Source of the DNA: Gordius albopunctatus
Taxonomy: Eukaryota
Length of the DNA: 64,000 nt
Assembly (NCBI GenBank): GCA_964276515.1
Contig: OZ193909.1
Coordinates: 9,796,001 to 9,860,000 of the forward strand
Direction: 5' to 3'
The first letter of the stretch is position 1, and the number at the start of each line of letters is the position of its first letter. Positions 1-10,395 of this stretch are shown in pieces. The translations under genes were made by a program, and so were the position numbers. Below the pieces are notes generated by a model. It saw only the letters and a list, made by a program, of their open reading frames with translations, was not told where the DNA came from and did not search any database.

Positions 1-346
1 CATATTCTATCAAAAGGGGGCTGAAAGAATCTTTAAAAGTTAGTAAATATTCTTAGCATCATGTCCTTGTTAGAATCCATATGATAATTTTTGCACCGGG
101 TGAGGTTTTAGATTGAGAGAAACTAAACTTTTCGTGTTGCGTTTAGATTGTTTCAAAATCGCTTTCTAACCGTGTCTCTAGTTTTTGAGAAACAAACTCT
201 ATTTGATCGTGATTTAAAGTTAATAATTTTTGAGGACGATCAAAAATTTTTCACTAATTGACCTCTGATATCAAATCTTTCATGACGGCTATATTGTTGA
301 ACAAAAAAATTGAAAAATTTTTGAAGTCGAAAAAAATATTTATTTT
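1..346. repeat. Representative long monomer (346 bp; class range ~346-350 bp)
   Basis: catattctatcaaaagggggctg starts at 1 and again at 347. Contains the 76-bp module at 44-119. About 83 copies of the module counted by eye. Confidence 0.97.
44..119. repeat. 76-bp presence/absence module distinguishing long from short monomers
   Basis: Long: aaaagttag|taaatattcttagcatcatgtccttgttagaatcc(g/a)tatgataatttttg(c/a)acgg(g/a)gtgaggttttagattgagag|aaactaaac. Short: aaaa(t/g)ttag|aaactaaac. Confidence 0.95.
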
Positions 347-692
347 CATATTCTATCAAAAGGGGGCTGAAAGAATCTTTAAAAGTTAGTAAATATTCTT
401 AGCATCATGTCCTTGTTAGAATCCGTATGATAATTTTTGCACGGGGTGAGGTTTTAGATTGAGAGAAACTAAACTTTTCGTGTTGCGTTTAGATTGTTTC
501 AAAATCGCTTTCTAACCGTGTCTCTAGTTTTTGAGAAACAAACTCTATTTGATCGTGATTTAAAGTTAATAATTTTTGAGGACGATCAAAAATTTTTCAC
601 TAATTGACCTCTGATATCAAATCTTTCATGACGGCTATATTGTTGAACAAAAAAATTGAAAAAATTTTGATGTCGAAAAAAATATTTATTTT

Positions 693-966
693 CATATTCT
701 ATCGAAATGGTGCTGAAAGAATCTTTAAAATTTAGAAACTAAACTTTTCGTGTTGCGTTTAGATTGTTTCAAAATAGCTTTCTAAGCGTGTCTCTAGTTT
801 TTGCGAAACAAACTCTATGTGATCGTGATTTAAAGTTAATAATTTTTGAGGACTGATCAAAAAAATTTTTCACTAATTGACCTCTGATATCAAAAACTTT
901 CATGACGGCTATATTGTTGAACAAAAAAATTGAAAAATTTTTGAAGTCGAAAAAAATATTTATTTT
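693..966. repeat. Representative short monomer (274 bp; class range ~270-274 bp)
   Basis: catattctatc at 693 and 967. The junction reads ctttaaaatttagaaactaaac, lacking the 76-bp module. Confidence 0.97.
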
Positions 967-3900
967 CATATTCTATCAAAAGGGGGCTGAAAGAATCTTT
1001 AAAAGTTAGTAAATATTCTTAGCATCATGTCCTTGTTAGAATCCGTATGATAATTTTTGCACGGGGTGAGGTTTTAGATTGAGAGAAACTAAACTTTTCG
1101 TGTTGCGTTTAGATTGTTTCAAAATCGCTTTCTAAGCGTGTCTCTAGTTTTTGAGAAACAAACTCTATTTGATCGTGATTTAAAGTTAATAATTTTTGAG
1201 GACGATCAAAAAATTTTCACTAATTGACCTCTGATATCAAAAACTTTCATGACGGCTATATTGTTGAACAAAAAAATTGAAAAAATTTTGATGTCGAAAA
1301 AAATATTTATTTTCCTATTCTTTCGAAAGGGGGATGAAAAAATCTTTAAAATTTAGAAACTAAACTTTTCGTGTTGCGTTTAGATTGTTTCAAAATCGCT
1401 TTCTAAGCGTGTCTCTAGTTTTTGAGAAATAAACTCTATGTGATCGTGATTTAAAGTTAATAATTTTTGAGGACTGATCAAAAAAAGTTTTCACTAATTG
1501 ACCTCTGATATCATAAACTTTCATGACGGCTATATTGTTGAACAAAAAAATTGAAAAAATTTTGATGTCGAAAAAAATATTTATTTTCATATTCTATCGA
1601 AAGGGTGCTGAAAGAATCTTTAAAATTTAGAAACTAAACTTTTCGTGTTGCGTTTAGATTGTTTCAAAATAGCTTTCTAAGCGTGTCTCTAGTTTTTGAG
1701 AAATAAACTCTATGTGATCGTGATTTAAAGTTAATAATTTTTGAGGACTGATCAAAAAAAGTTTTCACTAATTGACCTCTGATATCATAAACTTTCATGA
1801 CGGCTATATTGTTGAACAAAAAAATTGAAAAATTTTTGAAGTCGAAAAAAATATTTATTTTCATATTCTATCAAAAGGGGGCTGAAAGAATCTTTAAAAG
1901 TTAGTAAATATTCTTAGCATCATGTCCTTGTTAGAATCCGTATGATAATTTTTGCACGGGGTGAGGTTTTAGATTGAGAGAAACTAAACTTTTGGTGTTG
2001 CGTTTAGATTGTTTCAAAATCGCTTTCTAAGCGTGTCTCTAGTTTTTGAGAAACAAACTCTATTTGATCGTGATTTAAAGTTAATAATTTTTGAGGACGA
2101 TCAAAAATTTTTCACTAATTGACCTCTGATATCAAAAACTTTCATGACGGCTATATTGTTGAACAAAAAAATTGAAAAAATTTTGATGTCGAAAAAAATA
2201 TTTATTTTCATATTCTATCAAAAGGGGGCTGAAAGAATCTTTAAAAGTTAGTAAATATTCTTAGCATCATGTCTTGTTAGAATCCGTATGATAATTTTTG
2301 CACGGGGTGAGGTTTTAGATTGAGAGAAACTAAACTTTTCGTGTTGCGTTTAGATTGTTTCAAAATCGCTTTCTAAGCGTGTCTCTAGTTTTTGTGAAAC
2401 AAACTCTATTTGATCGTGATTTAAAGTTAATAATTTTTGAGGACTGATCAAAAAATTTTTCACTAATTGACCTCTGATATCAAAAACTTTCATGACGGCT
2501 ATATTGTTGAACAAAAAAATTTCAAAAAATTTTGATGTCGAAAAAAATATTTATTTTCCTATTCTTTCGAAAGGGGGATGAAAAAATCTTTAAAATTTAG
2601 AAACTAAACTTTTCGGGTTGCGTTTAGATTGTTTCAAAATCGCTTTCTAAGCGTGTCTCTAGTTTTTGTGAAACAAACTCTATTTGATCGTGATTTAAAG
2701 TTAATAATTTTTGAGGACTGATCAAAAAATTTTTCACTAATTGACCTCTGATATCAAAAACTTTCATGACGGCTATATTGTTGAACAAAAAAATTGAAAA
2801 ATTTTTGAAGTCGAAAAAAATATTTATTTTCATATTCTATCAAAAGGGGGCTGAAAGAATCTTTAAAAGTTAGTAAATATTCTTAGCATCATGTCCTTGT
2901 TAGAATCCGTATGATAATTTTTGAACGGAGTGAGGTTTTAGATTGAGAGAAACTAAACTTTTCGTGTTGCGTTTAGATTGTTTCAAAATCGCTTTCTAAG
3001 CGTGTCTCTAGTTTTTGAGAAACAAACTCTATTTGATCGTGATTTAAAGTTAATAATTTTTGAGGACGATCAAAAATTTTTCACTAATTGACCTCTAATA
3101 TCAAATCTTTCATGACGGCTATATTGTTGAACAAAAAAATTGAAAAAATTTTGATGTCGAAAAAAATATTTATTTTCCTATTCTTTCGAAAGGGTGATGA
3201 AAAAATCTTTAAAATTTAGAAACTAAACTTTTCGTGTTGCGTTTAGATTGTTTCAAAATCGCTTTCTAAGCGTGTCTCTAGTTTTTGTGAAACAAACTCT
3301 ATTTGATCGTGATTTAAAGTTAATAATTTTTGAGGACTGATCAAAAAATTTTTCACTAATTGACCTCTGATATCAAAAACTTTCATGACGGCTATATTGT
3401 TGAACAAAAAAATTGAAAAAATTTTGATGTCGAAAAAAATATTTATTTTCCTATTCTTTCGAAAGGGGGATGAAAAAATCTTTAAAATTAAGAAACTAAA
3501 CTTTTCGGGTTGCGTTTAGATTGTTTCAAAATCGCTTTCTAAGCGTGTCTCTAGTTTTTGTGAAACAAACTCTATTTGATCGTGATTTAAAGTTAATAAT
3601 TTTTGAGGACTGATCAAAAAATTTTTCACTAATTGACCTCTGATATCAAAAACTTTCATGACGGCTATATTGTTGAACAAAAAAATTGAAAAATTTTTGA
3701 AGTCGAAAAAAATATTTATTTTCATATTCTATCAAAAGGGGGCTGAAAGAATCTTTAAAAGTTAGTAAATATTCTTAGCATCATGTCCTTGTTAGAATCC
3801 GTATGATAATTTTTGAACGGAGTGAGGTTTTAGATTGAGAGAAACTAAACTTTTCGTGTTGCGTTTAGATTGTTTCAAAATCGCTTTCTAAGCGTGTCTC

Positions 3901-6900
3901 TAGTTTTTGAGAAACAAACTCTATTTGATCGTGATTTAAAGTTAATAATTTTTGAGGACGATCAAAAATTTTTCACTAATTGACCTCTGATATCAAATCT
4001 TTCATGACGGCTATATTGTTGAACAAAAAAATTGAAAAAATTTTGATGTCGAAAAAAATATTTATTTTCCTATTCTTTCGAAAGGGGGATGAAAAAATCT
4101 TTAAAATTTAGAAACTAAACTTTTCGTGTTGCGTTTAGATTGTTTCAAAATCGCTTTCTAAGCGTGTCTCTAGTTTTTGTGAAACAAACTCTATTTGATC
4201 GTGATTTAAAGTTAATAATTTTTGAGGACTGATCAAAAATTTTTTCACTAATTGACCTCTGATATCAAAAACTTTCATGACGGCTATATTGTTGAACAAA
4301 AAAATTGAAAAATTTTTGAAGTCGAAAAAAATATTTATTTTCATATTCTATCAAAAGGGGGCTGAAAGAATCTTTAAAAGTTAGTAAATATTCTTAGCAT
4401 CATGTCCTTGTTAGAATCCGTATGATAATTTTTGCACGGGGTGAGGTTTTAGATTGAGAGAAACTAAACTTTTCGTGTTGCGTTTAGATTGTTTCAAAAT
4501 CGCTTTCTAACCGTGTCTCTAGTTTTTGAGAGAAAAACTCTATTTGATCGTGATTTAAAGTTAATAATTTTTGAGGACGATCAAAAATTTTTCACTAATT
4601 GACCTCTGATATCAAATCTTTCATGACGGCTATATTGTTGAACAAAAAAATTGAAAAAATTTTGATGTCGAAAAAAATATTTATTTTCATATTCTATCGA
4701 AATGGTGCTGAAAGAATCTTTAAAATTTAGAAACTAAACTTTTCGTGTTGCGTTTAGATTGTTTCAAAATAGCTTTCTAAGCGTGTCTCTAGTTTTTGCG
4801 AAACAAACTCTATGTGATCGTGATTTAAAGTTAATAATTTTTGAGGACTGATCAAAAAAATTTTTCACTAATTGACCTCTGATATCAAAAACTTTCATGA
4901 CGGCTATATTGTTGAACAAAAAAATTGAAAAATTTTTGAAGTCGAAAAAAATATTTATTTTCATATTCTATCAAAAGGGGGCTGAAAGAATCTTTAAAAG
5001 TTAGTAAATATTCTTAGCATCATGTCCTTGTTAGAATCCGTATGATAATTTTTGCACGGGGTGAGGTTTTAGATTGAGAGAAACTAAACTTTTCGTGTTG
5101 CGTTTAGATTGTTTCAAAATCGCTTTCTAAGCGTGTCTCTAGTTTTTGAGAAACAAACTCTATTTGATCGTGATTTAAAGTTAATAATTTTTGAGGACGA
5201 TCAAAAAATTTTCACTAATTGACCTCTGATATCAAAAACTTTCATGACGGCTATATTGTTGAACAAAAAAATTGAAAAAATTTTGATGTCGAAAAAAATA
5301 TTTATTTTCCTATTCTTTCGAAAGGGGGATGAAAAAATCTTTAAAATTTAGAAACTAAACTTTTCGTGTTGCGTTTAGATTGTTTCAAAATCGCTTTCTA
5401 AGCGTGTCTCTAGTTTTTGAGAAATAAACTCTATGTGATCGTGATTTAAAGTTAATAATTTTTGAGGACTGATCAAAAAAAGTTTTCACTAATTGACCTC
5501 TGATATCATAAACTTTCATGACGGCTATATTGTTGAACAAAAAAATTGAAAAAATTTTGATGTCGAAAAAAATATTTATTTTCATATTCTATCGAAAGGG
5601 TGCTGAAAGAATCTTTAAAATTTAGAAACTAAACTTTTCGTGTTGCGTTTAGATTGTTTCAAAATAGCTTTCTAAGCGTGTCTCTAGTTTTTGCGAAACA
5701 AACTCTATTTGATCGTGATTTAAAGTTAATAATTTTTGAGGACGATCAAAAATTTTTCACTAATTGACCTCTGATATCAAATCTTTCATGACGGCTATAT
5801 TGTTGAACAAAAAAATTGAAAAAATTTTGATGTCGAAAAAAATATTTATTTTCCTATTCTTTCGAAAGGGTGATGAAAAAATCTTTAAAATTTAGAAACT
5901 AAACTTTTCGTGTTGCGTTTAGATTGTTTCAAAATCGCTTTCTAAGCGTGTCTCTAGTTTTTGTGAAACAAACTCTATTTGATCGTGATTTAAAGTTAAT
6001 AATTTTTGAGGACTGATCAAAAAATTTTTCACTAATTGACCTCTGATATCAAAAACTTTCATGACGGCTATATTGTTGAACAAAAAAATTGAAAAAATTT
6101 TGATGTCGAAAAAAATATTTATTTTCCTATTCTTTCGAAAGGGGGATGAAAAAATCTTTAAAATTAAGAAACTAAACTTTTCGGGTTGCGTTTAGATTGT
6201 TTCAAAATCGCTTTCCAAGCGTGTCTCTAGTTTTTGTGAAACAAACTCTATTTGATCGTGATTTAAAGTTAATAATTTTTGAGGACTGATCAAAAAATTT
6301 TTCACTAATTGACCTCTGATATCAAAAACTTTGATGACGGCTATATTGTTGAACAAAAAAATTTCAAAAAATTTTGATGTCGAAAAAAATATTTATTTTC
6401 CTATTCTTTCGAAAGGGGGATGAAAAAATCTTTAAAATTTAGAAACTAAACTTTTCGGGTTGCGTTTAGATTGTTTCAAAATCGCTTTCTAAGCGTGTCT
6501 CTAGTTTTTGTGAAACAAACTCTATTTGATCGTGATTTAAAGTTAATAATTTTTGAGGACTGATCAAAAAATTTTTCACTAATTGACCTCTGATATCAAA
6601 AACTTTCATGACGGCTATATTGTTGAACAAAAAAATTGAAAAATTTTTGAAGTCGAAAAAAATATTTATTTTCATATTCTATCAAAAGGGGGCTGAAAGA
6701 ATCTTTAAAAGTTAGTAAATATTCTTAGCATCATGTCCTTGTTAGAATCCGTATGATAATTTTTGAACGGAGTGAGGTTTTAGATTGAGAGAAACTAAAC
6801 TTTTCGTGTTGCGTTTAGATTGTTTCAAAATCGCTTTCTAAGCGTGTCTCTAGTTTTTGAGAAACAAACTCTATTTGATCGTGATTTAAAGTTAATAATT

Positions 6901-7599
6901 TTTGAGGACGATCAAAAATTTTTCACTAATTGACCTCTGATATCAAATCTTTCATGACGGCTATATTGTTGAACAAAAAAATTGAAAAAATTTTGATGTC
7001 GAAAAAAATATTTATTTTCCTATTCTTTCGAAAGGGTGATGAAAAAATCTTTAAAATTTAGAAACTAAACTTTTCGTGTTGCGTTTAGATTGTTTCAAAA
7101 TCGCTTTCTAACCGTGTCTCTAGTTTTTGAGAAACAAACTCTATTTGATCGTGATTTAAAGTTAATAATTTTTGAGGACGATCAAAAATTTTTTACTAAT
7201 TGACCTCTGATATCAAATCTTTCATGACGGCTATATTGTTGAACAAAAAAATTGAAAAAATTTTGATGTCGAAAAAAATATTTATTTTCCTATTCTTTCG
7301 AAAGGGTGATGAAAAAATCTTTAAAATTTAGAAACTAAACTTTTCGTGTTGCGTTTAGATTGTTTCAAAATCGCTTTCTAAGCGTGTCTCTAGTTTTTGT
7401 GAAACAAACTCTATTTGATCGTGATTTAAAGTTAATAATTTTTGAGGACGATCAAAAATTTTTCACTAATTGACCTCTGATATCAAATCTTTCATGACGG
7501 CTATATTGTTGAACAAAAAAATTGAAAAAATTTTGATGTCGAAAAAAATATTTATTTTCCTATTTTTTCGAAAGGGTGATGAAAAAATCTTTAAAATTT

Positions 7600-10395
7600 A
7601 GAAACTAAACTTTTCGTGTTGCGTTTAGATTGTTTCAAAATCGCTTTCTAAGCGTGTCTCTAGTTTTTGTGAAACAAACTCTATTTGATCGTGATTTAAA
7701 GTTAATAATTTTTGAGGACTGATCAAAAAATTTTTCACTAATTGACCTCTGATATCAAAAACTTTCATGACGGCTATATTGTTGAACAAAAAAATTGAAA
7801 AAATTTTGATGTCGAAAAAAATATTTATTTTCCTATTCTTTCGAAAGGGGGATGAAAAAATCTTTAAAATTAAGAAACTAAACTTTTCGGGTTGCGTTTT
7901 GATTGTTTCAAAATCGCTTTCTAAGCGTGTCTCTAGTTTTTGTGAAACAAACTCTATTTGATCGTGATTTAAAGTTAATAATTTTTGAGGACTGATCAAA
8001 AAATTTTTCACTAATTGACCTCTGATATCAAAAACTTTCATGACGGCTATATTGTTGAACAAAAAAATTTCAAAAAATTTTGATGTCGAAAAAAATATTT
8101 ATTTTCCTATTCTTTCGAAAGGGGGATGAAAAAATCTTTAAAAGTTAGAAACTAAACTTTTCGTGTTGCGTTTAGATTGTTTCAAAATCGCTTTCTACGC
8201 GTGTCTCTAGTTTTTGTGAAACAAACTCTATTTGATCGTGATATAAAGTTAATAATTTTTGAGGACTGATCAAAAAATTTTTCACTTATTGACCTCTGAT
8301 ATCAAAAACTTTCATGACGGCTATATTGTTGAACAAAAAAATTGAAAAATTTTTGAAGTCGAAAAAAATATTTATTTTCATATTCTATCAAAAGGGGGCT
8401 GAAAGAATCTTTAAAAGTTAGTAAATATTCTTAGCATCATGTCCTTGTTAGAATCCGTATGATAATTTTTGCACGGGGTGAGGTTTTAGATTGAGAGAAA
8501 CTAAACTTTTCGTGTTGCGTTTAGATTGTTTCAAAATCGCTTTCTAAGCGTGTCTCTAGTTTTTGAGAAACAAACTCTATTTGATCGTGATTTAAAGTTA
8601 ATAATTTTTGAGGACGATCAAAAAATTTTCACTAATTGACCTCTGATATCAAAAACTTTCATGACGGCTATATTGTTGAACAAAAAAATTGAAAAAATTT
8701 TGATGTCGAAAAAAATATTTATTTTCCTATTCTTTCGAAAGGGGGATGAAAAAATCTTTAAAATTTAGAAACTAAACTTTTCGTGTTGCGTTTAGATTGT
8801 TTCAAAATCGCTTTCTAAGCGTGTCTCTAGTTTTTGAGAAACAAACTCTATGTGATCGTGATTTAAAGTTAATAATTTTTGAGGACTGATCAAAAAAAGT
8901 TTTCACTAATTGACCTCTGATATCATAAACTTTCATGACGGCTATATTGTTGAACAAAAAAATTGAAAAAATTTTGATGTCGAAAAAAATATTTATTTTC
9001 ATATTCTATCGAAAGGGTGCTGAAAGAATCTTTAAAATTTAGAAACTAAACTTTTCGTGTTGCGTTTAGATTGTTTCAAAATAGCTTTCTAACCGTGTCT
9101 CTAGTTTTTGCGAAACAAACTCTATTTGATCGTGATTTAAAGTTAATAATTTTTGAGGACGATCAAAAATTTTTCACTAATTGACCTCTGATATCAAATC
9201 TTTCATGACGGCTATATTGTTGAACAAAAAAATTGAAAAAATTTTGATGTCGAAAAAAATATTTATTTTCCTATTCTTTCGAAAGGGTGATGAAAAAATC
9301 TTTAAAATTTAGAAACTAAACTTTTCGTGTTGCGTTTAGATTGTTTCAAAATCGCTTTCTAAGCGTGTCTCTAGTTTTTGTGAAACAAACTCTATTTGAT
9401 CGTGATTTAAAGTTAATAATTTTTGAGGACTGATCAAAAAATTTTTCACTAATTGACCTCTGATATCAAATCTTTCATGACGGCTATATTGTTGAACTAA
9501 AAAATTGAAAAAATTTTGATGTCGAAAAAAATATTTATTTTCATATTCTATCAAAAGGGGGCTGAAAGAATCTTTAAAAGTTAGTAAATATTCTTAGCAT
9601 CATGTCCTTGTTAGAATCCGTATGATAATTTTTGAACGGAGTGAGGTTTTAGATTGAGAGAAACTAAACTTTTCGTGTTGCGTTTAGATTGTTTCAAAAT
9701 CGCTTTCTAAGCGTGTCTCTAGTTTTTGAGAAACAAACTCTATTTGATCGTGATTTAAAGTTAAAAACTTTTGAGGACTGATCAAAAATTTTTTTCACTA
9801 ATTGACCTCTGATATCATAAACTTTCATGACGGCTATATTGTTGAACAAAAAAATTGAAAAAATTTTGATGTCGAAAAAAATATTTATTTTCATATTCTA
9901 TCAAAAGGGGGCTGAAAGAATCTTTAAAAGTTAGTAAATATTCTTAGCATCATGTCCTTGTTAGAATCCGTATGATAATTTTTGCACGGGGTGAGGTTTT
10001 AGATTGAGAGAAACTAAACTTTTCGTGTTGCGTTTAGATTGTTTCAAAATCGCTTTCTAACCGTGTCTCTAGTTTTTGAGAAACAAACTCTATTTGATCG
10101 TGATTTAAAGTTAATAATTTTTGAGGACGATCAAAAATTTTTCACTAATTGACCTCTGATATCAAATCTTTCATGACGGCTATATTGTTGAACAAAAAAA
10201 TTGAAAAATTTTTGAAGTCGAAAAAAATATTTATTTTCATATTCTATCAAAAGGGGGCTGAAAGAATCTTTAAAAGTTAGTAAATATTCTTAGCATCATG
10301 TCCTTGTTAGAATCCGTATGATAATTTTTGCACGGGGTGAGGTTTTAGATTGAGAGAAACTAAACTTTTCGTGTTGCGTTTAGATTGTTTCAAAA
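7600..10395. repeat. ~2.8-kb block duplicated at ~25320-28115 (offset 17719)
   Basis: Private SNPs at 7900/25619 and 9498/27217. ORF offsets 7625/25344, 8802/26521, 9336/27055, 9694/27413. Confidence 0.9.

Noticed and set aside
44..119. 76-bp module as a tRNA, given its tRNA-like length, or as a mobile element
   Set aside because: I see no cloverleaf, no GTTCRA B-box, no terminal inverted repeats within the module and no clear target-site duplication. It resembles the neighbouring core.
98..150. Telomere-like motifs (gggtgaggttttag, gtttag) and G-quadruplex potential
   Set aside because: There are no tandem TTAGG/TTTAGGG-type repeats, and at most about two G-runs per monomer, far apart.
1..346. 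Identification as Drosophila 1.688, Tribolium or Chironomus repeat; or as an rDNA/5S/histone tandem unit
   Set aside because: Only length and AT content are similar. I recognise no sequence identity, so a BLAST search is required.
300..346. Phased A-tracts implying intrinsic curvature
   Set aside because: Tracts start at about 303, 313 and 330, which is not consistent 10-11 bp phasing. It needs a curvature calculation and is commonplace in AT-rich satellites.
1310..1340. CENP-B box-like motif around ttcg
   Set aside because: No site matches the nTTCGnnnnAnnCGGGn core. The best partial match lacks CGGG.
7625..8062. 145-aa ORF and overlapping 64-aa plus-strand ORF (also at 25344-25781)
   Set aside because: A single a>t SNP (7900/25619) removes a stop and lets the frame read through two monomers. 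It is useful only as a duplication marker.
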